Assembly (NCBI RefSeq): GCF_963921235.1
Contig: NC_086097.1
Location: 124,932,001 to 124,996,000, forward strand
Direction of reading: 5' to 3'
DNA length: 64,000 bases
Source: Mobula hypostoma
Taxonomy: Eukaryota
The position numbers and the translations under genes were made by a program. How positions within the stretch are numbered: the first letter of the stretch is position 1; each line of letters opens with the position of its first letter. The notes beneath the pieces are model-generated. The model made no database searches, was not told where the DNA came from, and saw only the letters and a program-made list of their open reading frames with translations. Positions 51,041-63,205 of the stretch are shown piece after piece.

Positions 51041-51444
51041 TTGATCCGTAAGATGACCAATGATGGTATCTCCTTCCAGAAAGACATCAACCGGAGTTGA
51101 TGTCGTATTGGATTGTTCTCATCTGCTGCTTTCTGCTTGGCTTATCTTCGACTTCCATTCTATTTGACCTTATGCACTACCACAGGAAACCAGCCCTAGC
51201 GTCCTGACATGTTTTGAGCCAACGGTGGCTGGACAGGAACTGCTAAACTGCTCATTTGAATGGGGCTGTTAATCCCATATGTACCTGTAAGGCAATCCGG
51301 GTGAGTGATTTACTTGTTTTTAAGGCTTTATATTTTATTGACAATAAAGTCATAGAGCACTACAGCACAGAAACAGGCCCTTTAGCCCATTTAGTCCATG
51401 CCAAACTATTATACTGCCTAGTCCCATTGACCTACACTTAGACT

Positions 51445-53482
51445 CTCTCCGTTCACCATTCATCAACGGAACTAGGTTAGGAAACCCAATATGCAACTTT
51501 AATTAATTGAAGCTCGCACTTTATTGTCTCTGCACAATCAACAATGTTGACCCCGGACCAACAACTTAGAACATGAATTCTACTGTTCCCTCTGTACCGA
51601 TACTCATTCAGACCGCTTTCATAGTCATAGTCATAGTCATACTTTATTGATCCCAGGGGAAATTGGTTTTCGTTACAGTTGCACCATAAATAATAAATAG
51701 TAATAGAACTATAAATAGTTAAATAGTAATATGTAAATTATGCCAGTAAATTATGAAGTAAGTCTAGGACCAGCCTATTGGCTCAGGGTGTCTGACCCTC
51801 CAAGGGAGGAGTTGTAAAGTGTGATGGCCACAGGCAGGAATGACTTCCTATGACGCTCTGTGTTGCATCTCGGTGGAATGAGTCTCTGGCTGAATGTACT
51901 CCTGTGCCCAACCAGTACAGTATGTAGTGGATGGGAGATATTGTCCAAGATGGCATGCAACTTAGACAGCATCCTCTTTTCAGACACCACAGTGAGACAG
52001 TCCAGTTCCATTCCCACAACATCACTGGCCTTACGAATGAGTTTGTTGATTCTGTTGGTGTCTGCTACCCTCAGCCTGCTGCCCCAGCACACAACAGCAA
52101 ACATGATAGCACTGGCCACTACAGACTCGTAGAACCTCCTTAGCATCGTCCGGCGGATGTTAAAGGACCTCAGTCTCCTCAGAAAATAGAGACGGCTCTG
52201 ACCCTTCTTGTAGACAGCCTCAGTGTTCTTTGACCAGTCCAGTTTATTGTCAATTCGTATCCCCAGGTATTTGTAATCCTCCACCATGTCCACACTGACC
52301 CCTGGATGGAAACAGGGGTTACCGGTACCTTAGCTCTGCTCTGGTCTACCACCAGCTCCTTAGACTTTTTCACATTAAGCTGCAGATAATTCTGCTCACA
52401 CCATGTGACAAAGTTTCCTACCGTAGCCCTGTACTCAGCATCATCTCCCTTGCTGATGCATCCAACTATGGCAGAGTCATCCGAAAACTTCTAAAGATGA
52501 CAAGACTCTGTGCAGTAGTTGAAGTCCGAGGTGTAAATGGTGAAGAGAAAGGGAGACAAGACAGTCCCCTGTGGAGCCCCAGTGCTGCTGATCACTCTGT
52601 CGGACACACAGTGTTGCAAGCACACGTACTGTGGTCTGCCAGTCAGGTAATCAAAAATCCATGACACCAGGAAAGCATCCACCTGCATCGCTGTCAGCTT
52701 CTCCCCCAGCGGGGCAGGGCGGATGGTGTTGAACGCACTGGAGAAGTCAAAAAACATGACCCTCACAGTGCTCGCTGGCTTGTCCAGGTGGGCGTAGACA
52801 CGGTTCAGCAGGTAGACGATGGCATCCTCAACTCCTAGTCGGGGCTGGTAGGCGAACTGGAGGGGATCTAAGTGTGGCCTGACCATAGGCCGGAGCAGCT
52901 GCAGAACAAGTCTCTCCAGGGTTTCCATGATGTGGTAGGCCAATTCCAATTTATAACACTGAAATAGGGGATATCCGTTGGGCAGACGATCGATCCTTTC
53001 TGCTCCCAGCACGTGGCGTGGGGTTCTTCCTCATGATGGTGATTCTCCGGAGTGATCCTGACAGTGCAATCGAAGTGTCCACTTTTATATTCATTCTGTA
53101 TCAATTCCCATGTAGCGATCCAGTGTCACCAGATATATATCACTTGATTGACCCTTAGTACTTTCTTATTGGCTCTGGTTCAGGGCTACAACCAACGTTG
53201 TTCCATGGCTCTGTCCCCCCTCCCTCCCCCCCACCTCGTGTCTTTGTTCCATTCAATTGCTCTGATTACATTATCCCAGAGCAAGAACCAGCTCAGAGCC
53301 TACAAAATGGAGGGTGGGGGGGGGTAGGGGTGAGACTGCAAGGACAGTCTCACAAAATGTGCGTCTCCTTATCCTCCAAGCACATGGCAAGGACAAAGGG
53401 AATTGGTCTGTCTCCTTCCACTGTCCTTGACCCATTCCAATTCAATATTTTCTTCCATATTTTAAATCCTTCATGGACAACA
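51445..53482 (-). mobile_element. Probable 3' LTR of a retrovirus-like element, split by a Rex1 LINE
   Basis: Minus strand: PPT aaatggggggggggg then TGTTGTCC at 53482; TATAAAA 53083-53089; AATAAA 51520-51525 beyond the LINE; distal end uncertain. Confidence 0.55.
51620..52945 (-). mobile_element. Rex1 LINE, well preserved 5'-truncated copy
   Basis: HIMETLERL..DPLQFAYQ..VRVMFFDFSSAFNTI..GAPQGTVLSPFLF; YKYLG..QSRLYFLRRLRSF; (GACTAT)n tail at 51620-51640. Confidence 0.95.
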
Positions 53483-54420
53483 TCACCCCCCCCCCCATTT
53501 GATACACAGAAAATCCTGGGGATCACACTACTGTTTATATGTCTGAGTGAATATAACATAAAGGGAGCACCAGTATTCATGACGACATTAAATAATACTG
53601 ATAAAGATAGGAACCAAATACCATAGGTAAAACAATATCAAATACTGGCATATTTTAGAATATTGTCAGTACAAAAGCATAAAGAAACCTGATTAAAATG
53701 TACCTTATTTCTTACCATATATCAAGGCGTTTAACAACAATCGGTAATCCTTAAACACAACATCATGGTATGAAGACAAACAAAACCACAAAAAACAGAT
53801 TGAGAATGACATGTAGCACACAAACACTTAAGTCATTAAAGTTGCCCTAAAAAGACACTGGGGAAAATACATTGGATGACCATTAGAACAAAGAGCAAAA
53901 CAGTAATAACATGTGAAGTAAAACACATTCAAGGATATTTAAACCCCCATTCCAAACCACTCCAGAAGGGTTGGATTCTGCAAAACGTCAGAAGCCCAAC
54001 CCACATGATCTCTAATAGTCTTGGATAATACATCCCATTGTCTAATAATAGCTTCATTGTGATTAATAACTCTATCCCACTCTGCCATAAAACAAAAGAT
54101 AGGTGGAAGACAGTAGGGACATATCTAAGTTAGCCCTCAGCAATATCATTGATATGATTATCTCCAGTTGGATAGGTGGTTTTGCAAAACGTTTGGGTAA
54201 TACTTGTTTAGTCAAAACGAAGTCCCTCAAAACATTAAAAACCTTAAATCGCAACTTAAAGAACCCTTCCTGTAAGGAATGCTTGAAATAGCAAGGTAAT
54301 GAATATCATCTACCAAGCAAGTTTTAAGAATATCCTGCTATTGACAGGTAAAATGGATAGAGAATAATCATAAGAAACAAACCGACTATCTGTTAACCCA
54401 TTCTTAATTAAATCCTCTGG
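53483..54420 (-). pseudogene. Decayed env-like region
   Basis: 53979-53836 reads RIQPFWSGLEWGFKYP*MCFTSHVITVLLFVLMVIQCIF (Trp-rich segment then hydrophobic TM-like run), upstream of PPT/LTR. Confidence 0.45.
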
Positions 54421-54422
54421 AC

Positions 54423-54916
54423 CAGGGTTTCTCAACCAGTATCCCTAGGGTTCCGCGAGAGGTCACTAGGGGTTCTGCGAGAGATCATGATTTAAAAAAA
54501 AACATCATATTTTGAACTTTGCGTGGGGCTAGCGGTCGCATTGGTGGGCAGGGACCGAACAGCCACATTGACAATCTCGCTAGAGGTCTCTCAGCCCAGA
54601 ATGGCAGTGCACAGTAGGACCGTGTTTATTTGGTTGAGTCTGTTCTCAGTTTCTGACGTGAGATAGGGGAGGCCATTGATAATTGGTGAGCGCTGTATTG
54701 CACAGAGGGGAGGACTGTTTACTGATAATTGGTGAGCGCTGTATTGCTCAGAATGACGGATGGTAGGCTGATAATTGGTGAATACTGTATTGACCGGATG
54801 GGAGGACAGTAGGCTGATAATTTGTGAGCGCTGTATTGCACAGAGGGGAGGACGGTTTACTGATAATTGGTGAGCGCTGTATTGCACAGAGGGGAGGACG
54901 GTAGGCTGATAATTGC
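54423..54916 (+). mobile_element. hAT-like left end followed by a 46-bp minisatellite (about 5 units, 54677-54916)
   Basis: cagggtttctcaacc TIR-like start; unit ctgataattggtgagcgctgtattgcacagaggggaggacggt..; no right TIR found. Confidence 0.65.
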
Positions 54917-55069
54917 ACTACAGACTCTACAGGTGTAATAGAAAATTGTAGGGGAATTTTCATTCTTAAGGAATTTTTACATGTCATGATTCAGCTGCCG
55001 TCCTGCCACTTTGTTGTTGTCGTAAATGTTGCAAAAGGTGGATTGTGTGGGTTAGGGTTAGGGTCAGCC

Positions 55070-55655
55070 ACTAGAGCCTCTGTTTAGAAACTCCATATTG
55101 CTTCTGGTGTTTTGGATCTGGGTCTTCTATACACGTCTCTCCTTGCATCCTGCCACAGTCATGTTTATGTTTGGCAAATACTGCCTGGCAATCTAAAATA
55201 ATTTGTCTGATCTTTGAGTCATCAGTCATTTCTTCTGCCTTCACCCACATCTGCCTGACAGTACATGTCCTGTCCTCATATCGTCCTACTGGAATGTCAA
55301 TGGGAACCTGCTCTCTCTCAACGTTAAGCTAACAAAGCGTACAATTAATTGGATCAAAACTCAAACCTGCTTTCCTCATAAAATCACCCCCCTAGAATAT
55401 GTTCTTGAGCAATTGCCCGGTCGATGACCACAGCTGAGTGAAGCACACTAAGGGTCCCAACTGTATGTTCAGCAAAGTGTCCAGTAAATCCAGTTAAAAT
55501 AATAGTGTCTTGTATTTCCAAACTTGGGGCATTGAACGTGGCTGTATTTAGAGTGGTTTGAGTATCCCATAGTAATTTAATAGGGTTGCCTCTTACCCTG
55601 GGTCCTACAAGGGGTCTACACACCATCCCGCCACTTTGAAATTCTCTTCCCAGCC
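55070..55655 (-). pseudogene. Retropepsin and RT N-terminus of a retrovirus-like LTR element
   Basis: RPLVGPRVRGNPIKLLWDT...IILTGFTG...HILG(G)DF (one frameshift in the G run), then QAVFAKHKHDCGR..DPDPKHQKQY. Confidence 0.7.
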
Positions 55656-55824
55656 GTAGTTGATAAATAGGCAGAAAATAAATAACATAGGTGCCTTTAT
55701 TGTTCAGATGCTCCTGAGATGAGAGTAGAGCCAGGGAGATGGCATTTGCCATAGATCTGTTTTGGGGGTAGGTGAACACAGCGGGTCAAGTTTGTCTGGG
55801 AGGCTGGAGTTGATGTGTGGCATG

Positions 55825-56224
55825 TCGTAGTATGATCACTACAGAGTCAAGCATGATATTCTCCTAAGGAATTAATCCATTAATGGAGAATGCCTGTGCG
55901 TGACTTTGTTTAATGTGGGGTGGCTGATGCATGGACAGCATGGTCCTTGACAAATTGAGGTCAGGGTCCAGTGGCATGAAATGCAAGATGACTGGAGACC
56001 CTTCTCTGGTCCAGCCTTCTTCCGCCTTCATTGTGATGTGTCATCATCTTCTGCCAGTCCCACTGTGGAGGTCTTGGTTGGATTGTACTTTGTGTGGAAC
56101 CTCCTCTTTGACCTGACCATCATGGGTGTCCCTACCAGGAGCTAATTTCCAGACGGCATTGCTCTGGGGATCTCAGGAACTCACAAGGCTCTCCACCACA
56201 TCAAGGAGATGATCCTTGGAGAAG
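55825..56224 (-). mobile_element. RTE (Expander/BovB-like 5' UTR) short non-autonomous element
   Basis: 5' end ccttgatgtggtggagagccttg..gctcctggtagggacacccatgatgg..ggtc resembles RTE 5' UTRs; TSD tgtgtggcatg / tgtgtgccatg (55814-55824, 56225-56235). Confidence 0.7.
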
Positions 56225-56269
56225 TGTGTGCCATGACCAGCCTCTCAAAGCACTTCATTATAGTGGATG

Positions 56270-56634
56270 GGGTGGCAGGGTGGAGATACGTCTCTATCAG
56301 AGGAGGTGTAAGGTGCTTCTTCCCACTGCTATCCTGCAGGTCACCCTTGGGCAAGGTATAGCCTGTTTAGCCCTACGATCAGGGTCCCGTGAAGCCATGG
56401 TCGTTATGAGCAGCCGGTGCATATCACAAGTTCTGATTATGCAGTCATTAATGCCAAGCCAGACAATCCCTGAGGAGTATTGATAATGGTTGGGGTCACC
56501 CATCTTGTAAAGACACTGCCCAGAAGGAAGAAATTGCAAACCACTTTTATAGGAAAGTTTGCCAAGAACAATCATAGTCATGAAAGACCATGATCAACCA
56601 TGTCAAAAGACATGGCACGTAACAAATGAACAAA
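56270..56634 (+). mobile_element. RTE-tailed short element (Bov-A/Sauria-like 3' motif)
   Basis: gaagg..gcaaaccactt..tttgccaagaacaatcat 3' motif; TSD atagtggatg / atagcagatg (56260-56269, 56635-56644). Confidence 0.7.
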
Positions 56635-57034
56635 ATAGCAGATGACAAGGCCACTGAGTGGTCATCACTAAGGCACATTACTTTGTTGGTCTTAGGTACC
56701 GCTATAAGGTGAGAGTCTCAGCCTGAAGCAGGGAGGGGTTAAAAACATCTGCAAATACCCTGCTAGCTGATCTGCACAGAATGAAAGGAAAAGACCAGGG
56801 ACATCACCCAAGTCAGATGCTTTCCCTGGGTTCAGCCTCTGGAAGATTTATCTTGCGTCTGCAATGGTAACTGTGGGTTAAGGAGCGTTGGAGACTTCAG
56901 GTTGGGTGGTGACATTCCAAATCAAATCAGCGAGGATTGTTCATGAGGACAATCAAATTCCAAATCAAATCAGCAAGGATTGTGGTGGGCTGCCCACAAA
57001 TGCTGCCACGCTTCCAGCACCAACATTGCATGTT

Positions 57035-57220
57035 GACAACTCACTAACCCTAATCCATACATCTTTGGAATTTGGGAAAAAATTGGAGCAACCAGAGGAA
57101 ACCTATATGGTCACGGGGAGAATGAACAAACTCCTTATAGGCAGCAGCAGGAATCAAACCCTGATCTTACAGTTGGTACTGTAATGTTACACTAGCCACT
57201 TCACTACAGTGACGTACCTA
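57035..57220 (-). mobile_element. V-SINE fragment
   Basis: catctttggaatttgggaaaaaattggagcaaccagaggaaacc..ggtcacggggagaatg; ggaatcaaaccc..ctagccact head. Confidence 0.75.
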
Positions 57221-58270
57221 ATCCAAGAAAAACTGCATAAATATTCACAGCAAAGGCATACTGTTTATCTTTGGAAAGGACTGTCTGCATAGTTTATTTT
57301 TAACCAAAATTACAGCTTTATCTTTGGGCTTATCAGGGAATATGCAGAACACTGACAGTTCAATGTTCCCGTGCAACACCTTTATTGGATTGATGACCAG
57401 CAATATCCATCCATGCTTTGCAGTTTTTGGCAGATGTGGAACAATTACACAAAATATTGCCACATTAAGTAGAAGTTAACAATAAACCGCATACTTGTGG
57501 CTTCTTTGTAAGAATGATTTGCAATTTAAGTATTAGTCTCTGATTGTCAACAAATCACGACGACAAATGCGCACAGTTTGACTCAATTCAAGTTTATTTA
57601 CCACATGAAACATATGTGAAATGTGTTGTTTACATTAACAACCCAAGGGTATGCTGAGGGAAGCCTGTAAGTGTCTCTACATATTCCAGCAGCAACATAG
57701 CATGCACAGAGCACCACAAGCTACAAAGCAACAAAGCAAAACAAGCCCGTTCCTCCCTCGCATCCACGAACATTCACAGTCCTCCAACCCCAAAAAAGTC
57801 CATCTTATTCAGCCACCAGCCTCCAGTGGGCTCTGACTCAGACTTGGAAACGCAGACATTGGGCCTTTGAGAATCACAGACCTGAGCCTCAAGCCAACGG
57901 GCCTCAACTTCTGAACTTCTGAATCAACTCTCGGGCCTCCATCCTCGGCATCAAACCCAAGACTTGCCTATTGCTGAACACCAGGCCTAAAACCCTGGTC
58001 TCACCAAATTGCAAGCCCCAGGATTCATTGGACCTCATTCCTCCTGCCCACATGGAACTCCGACTCCAGAACCCATGACAACTCACTGACCCTGTGTTGT
58101 TGTACTAGAGTGATGTCTGCTTTACTGTTCAGACTGAGGTGAAAATTTTGGAATTTGTGAACTTCAGGGCATCTTTTCCATTCTGTGAATGGAGTGAGGG
58201 TGAAAAATTTCTGCCTTTCTCTTCCTGTGTTATTTTTGGTCTCTTAGCTATTGATTTAATTTCTACAGGG

Positions 58271-58863
58271 TGTTGCAACGAACGAGGTGAACCCAAACGC
58301 AGGACACAGGCACAGAGATTGAGTTAGGATGCAGACACGGGTGTGAGCGTTGAATGGCAAACAGAAGGGAGTGCAGGAAAGCAGGAGGCAGGCAGAACTT
58401 ATCTTGACACGGAGCATAGAAAAGAAAGCAGTAGGCAAAACTTTTCTTAGCACAGAGGGATGGAGTTACACAGGTAAACCTCGGTGCTGAAGTAAAACTT
58501 AGAATACTTATCTTGAGACGGAGAGGCTGAGTTTCACAGGTAAACCTCAGAACTGGAGTAGAACTTAGAAAACTTATCTCGACATGGAGAGACTGAGTTT
58601 CACAGGTAAATCTTGGTACTGGAGCAAAACTTGGAAGACACAATCCTAAGCGACCGGGAAATGTTAATTACCACACTGGCAAAACCAATGATCTGGCAAC
58701 TAGTGGGTGCAAAGCCGAGGTTCTTGTGCTGCAGGTCTTGGTGAAAACCAGGTGAGCCACCATCAAAGGAAATTATGAGAAAATGGGGAATTAACAGTCA
58801 AAACCGTGGCATAATCAAAGGGAATTAGGAGAAAATGGGGAATTAACGGTCAGGGCCGTGACA
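58271..58863. mobile_element. Solo LTR, 593 bp, with internal tandem duplications
   Basis: TGTTGC...GTGACA, TSD CAGGG/CAGAG; start gaacccaaacgcaggacacag resembles the start of the 33035 LTR. Confidence 0.75.
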
Positions 58864-59218
58864 CAGAGTCCTTTTTGAAAACTGACCTGAATAGTCAAGA
58901 TGCAAGATTCAGGATTGTTTATTGTTGATCACAAATGTAAAGGAGAACAAAATGATTGTTACTCTGGATCCAGTGCAGAATAAAAATCACAAAAAATGAT
59001 ATAAATAATAAGATTAGCTTGTGTACATAGACTAATTGCACGTACACAAAGTGACATTATGTACAAGAGTATCTGTACATAAAGGTGATTCTGACAGGAA
59101 ATAATAAAGTAGTGGAGTTGGGGAGTGTGGTGAAGTGGGTTAATGGATAGAGGTGGAGGTAAGTAAGCCTGACGGCTTGGGGGAAGTAACTGTTTCTGAG
59201 ACTGGTGGTCTTGGTGTG

Positions 59219-62200
59219 TGCTATGTTTGTTCATGACAAAAGACAAACTGCATGGGTTTAAATACTAACTCATTTATTAATAGGAGACAATCATGGCTTC
59301 CAGCTCCACACTTTAGTGTGTGCACCCAGTTCACCCCAACATCACTTCCAATTCTCTACGAACCACCTGCAGTGCACACTGGGAACTGAAGTTCTTTATT
59401 ATGCACGCACATAATAACATACCTTTCCCCTAAAGAAAAAACAAAAATGTCCCCATAAGCCTGCAAGAAACAGGATTGCTTTCCAACAAAGATATTTGCA
59501 TTAACTTCAATTGTAATGAGCAAATACAGTGCCTCATTCACTCAACAACTCTCAATCAGTCTCCGAGGTGGTTTATTGATCCTTTTTTTGTATGCTATAT
59601 GTTTCCAAAGGTGTATTGCTTGTATTTGGTGCCCTAATGTTTGTGTCTTCTGAGAATTCTGATCAACAAGTTTATTCTTTACATCTGCTGGCCCCTGTGG
59701 TGTACTGACAAGTGATGTGTCACAGCTGTGGGTTGGAGTTTATGGTCGTATATCTACATGGTTCCTTCTCAGAGGTGTTCCTCACTCCATCTGGATCTGG
59801 TAGGAATGTGGTGCAGCTTCCTCTCGCTCATATTCTTGCATGGACCATGAGTCAGAATCGTGATCGTGGATTCGTACTTGATCTCCAGGCTTCAGGACCA
59901 GTAGGTTTTTTATGCAGTTTTGTCACGATACAGTTTCTGTTTCTCCTTCCCTTTTACCTTAGCCAGTTTGATCTTGAGTGCTCCTTTAGGTGTCAATAAG
60001 TTTGCGTGCACTGGAAGGTTAGTGTGTCTGTGTCGACCCATCAGTATTTGGGCTGGTGAAAGTCCATTCTGCAGCAGTGCACTTCTGTAAATCATCAGAG
60101 TTTTGTGGAAATCCATCATCCATCTTGCGCTTTCTTCATGAGACCCTTCACTACCTTGACCGAAATCCCTGCTGGGCCATTAGATTTTGGGTGATGTGGG
60201 CTTGAAGTTACATGTTGAAGCTCCCAATCATTGGCAAAGGACTCAAATTCATCGTTCAACAATTGTGGACGGTTGTCTGATACCACTTCACATGGAATTC
60301 CACGCCTTGTAAACACAACTTTCAGGAAGGTGATGACTACTTTGATGGATGTTGATTGCAGTGTTGTAACCTCTTGGTAATTGGAAATGTAATCTATTAC
60401 AACAATATGACTCTTCCCATTACACTCAGACAAACCCACTTCAACTTTGAAGTACGCCTCTCAGGTACAGGATGTGGTGTATGTAGTTCTGCTTGCTGCT
60501 TTGTTCTGTAGGTAAGACATATCTCATGTAAAGCAGTGGACTGGCTGATGTTTTGGTTCATTCTTGGCCAGCACCTCATTCCATGAGCTATTTATTTACA
60601 CTTTCCTCACCAAGGTGCCCTTCATGTATTTTCCTTGCGTAACGACACTGGAATCACAAACCTGTTCCCTTTGAAGACCACATCTTCAACTACTGACAGT
60701 TCAGCTCTGCATGCCCAATAATCCTGAATACACATTGGACAATTGTGGAAAGGCTGGAAGGGCCTATTCTACACTGTATCTCAATAAGTAAATCCTTTTT
60801 GTATCCTCTCTTTGAGTACTTTCATTGTTTCATCTGTCCCTGCTTCTGTCCTAATCTCTATTCTATTGGGAGATACTGAAATGGAGGTAACAATCATGTC
60901 AACATAGGCCCATATATCTACATTAATCTCTTGCTCCCCCTTTCTTTCTTGTTGACTGCTCAAGACAGCGCACCAGCAGCAAACATATTTTCCCAGTGTG
61001 TAGATCACCTTAACATCATATTTCTGCAGCCTTATCAACATGCACTGTATCCTCATGGGACAGTCATTCAGTGGTTTGGACATAATTGAGTCCAGTGATT
61101 TATGGTCTGTCTCCTCTTCAGAAGTTTGTCCATAGATATACTGATGGAACCTTTCACATGCATATGTGCTGGCAAGAAGCTCTTTCTCTATTTGTGCATA
61201 GCTGGCTTCCACACTTGTTAAAGCTTTTGATGCATAAACCATGGGTTGCCATGTGTCATCATGGTGCTGTAGTAGCACTGTTCCAAGGCCATACTGGGAT
61301 GCATCAGCCAAGATCATAGTACACCTCGCCAGATCATAAAATTTCAGCACGAGCTATTCAGTTAGAATTTTTTTCAGCCTCTGAAAACACTTTCCTTGCT
61401 CGTGAGACCAAATCCACTCATTTCTCCTCTGCAAGAGTGGCCTAAATGGTGCTGATACAGTAGCCAGTCGAGGGATGAACTTAGCCAGGTAAGTCACCAT
61501 CCCCAGTAAATGTCTCTCCTCCTCTTTGTTTTGTGGCCTCTCCATGTTCTCAATGGCTGACATCTTTCTTTGGTCAGGCTTCACTCCCTCTTCCGATATG
61601 ACATCTCCTGTGAAAGTCACTGTCTTTACACCAAACTCACATTTCTCTTTATTTAATTTCAAACTGACATTCCATGTCACTTCATGCACTTGTCTCAGTC
61701 GTATATCATGTTCTTCCTTGGTGGATCTCCAGACGATGATGTCATCCATCACGGTCTCGACACCAGGTATGTCCTCAAAGATCACATGGATGGTTTTATG
61801 GTAGACTTCTGGTGCGGACAAGATTGCATAACATAACCAAAGAAAGTGATAGCTACCCTCCGGTGTGTTAAAAGTACACAGTCTCGAACTTGCCTCATCT
61901 GTCAAACTCAGACAATTGGTCGAGTTTGCTAAACCACTTGGCACCTGCAAACTGGGACATGGACATGATCTCCTCCCACTTTGACAATTTAAAATGCTCT
62001 CTCTTGATGGCTTTATTGAGATCTCTTGGATCTAGACATATCCTCAATGTTCTATTTTTCTTTTGCCCAATGGCCAGTGAGCTCACCCAATCTGTTGGTT
62101 CTTCAATTTTCTGTGTGACATTTATCCGTTCCATGCGTGCTCGTTCTTGTTTGAGTTTATCTCTAGGTGCAAATGGAACTTTCCTGCATGCATAGACAAC

Positions 62201-63205
62201 AGGAGGTATTGTCTCATCTACGTGGATTTTTTTTTATACCAGGTAAGCATCCGACCCCCTCAAAGACACCTGCAAACTCTTCCATGAGTGAAGTGTGGTC
62301 ACCCTTGTTCTGTGAAGTCACTACAAAAACTCTTTTCAGCAGGTTGAGCTTTTCACATGCATTCAGACCTAATATTGGCTGTACTCTGTTTACTACAACT
62401 TGTAGCTGTGCCTTTAGGTGCCACCCCTTATGCTTGAAGGTCACTATACAGCCCCCTTTTACTGGAATGTTCTCTCCTGTGTAGCCCGTCACTTTTAATT
62501 TCACTGGGTAAAGAGCAAGATTTACCCAGTGAAATTAAAAGTGATGGGCTATACAGGAGAGAACATTCCAGTAAAAGGGGGCTGTATAGTGACCTTCAAG
62601 CATAAGGGTCTTGTAATCATCCATGGATAATAGATTTACCCGGGCTCCAATGTCAAGCTCGCATGGAATTACTGTCTCATTCACAGTCGCTAGAACAATC
62701 CATTCTGTTTACCAGCACCAGCAGTCTGCAGAGAATCTGCAAAAACATCCTCCGTTTCCTCAGTAAAAGTGTACACCTTTCTTCTGGTAGCCGCAGCTTT
62801 GTAGCACTTTGCAAGATGATTCCTCGTACCACAATTATTCCATCAGCAGGACACATCTTTGGAATGTGCCTACCTTCACATTTGCTGCATTTATTGTTTG
62901 AGCCTACCTCTATGTTATGCTGTTACTTTGGGAAATGCCTTGTGCTTTGCCCCTCTGTTTTCACTGTTGTTTCTGCTCTGTGCAGTCCCTTAGCTTGTGC
63001 TTGTGTGATTTCCACTGCCCTACACATACTTACAGCCTTTTCTAGTGTCAAATCTTTTTCACAGAGCAAACTTTCTCTGAGCCCAGTATCTGGGATTCCA
63101 CAAACTATTTTGTCTCTGAATAGTGAGTCTCTCAAATCTCCAAGCTCACAGGACCTACCCAGTGTGTGAAGCTCAGCTAAGTATTGGTCAAAACTAACAC
63201 CTTGT
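59219..63205 (-). mobile_element. Gypsy LTR retrotransposon, decayed; 3' LTR 59219-59419; gag cut by L1
   Basis: gag MRDSLFRDKIVCGIPD..LLCEKDLTLEKA; PR LDIGARVNL; RT PTDWVSSL, LRICLDPRDLNKAI, VMDD; RH ADASQYGLG, YAQIEKELLA, TDHK; IN VSDN, SSPHHPKSNG; PPT ggggaaagg next to LTR. Confidence 0.93.
62425..62608. repeat. 88-bp inverted duplication with 8-nt spacer
   Basis: 62425-62512 vs 62521-62608, 2 mismatches by eye. Confidence 0.95.

Larger units (their letters stand above)
55655..56875 (-). mobile_element. Rex1/Babar RT fragment with two nested short elements
   Basis: FTYPQNRSMANAISLAL...TYV; MKCFERLVMAHI rejoined across inserts. Confidence 0.75.

Noticed and set aside
51083..51104. gacatcaac-cgga-gttgatgtc hairpin as terminator or Helitron end
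   Set aside because: No U-tract or CTRR end; one 9-bp stem is not unexpected in 64 kb.
51186..51300. Coding exon bounded by cacag| and |gtgagt
   Set aside because: Stops in all three frames, weak pyrimidine tract, no partner exons.
54591..54987. Repetitive ORFs QYSAHQLSV...
   Set aside because: Translations of the 46-bp minisatellite.
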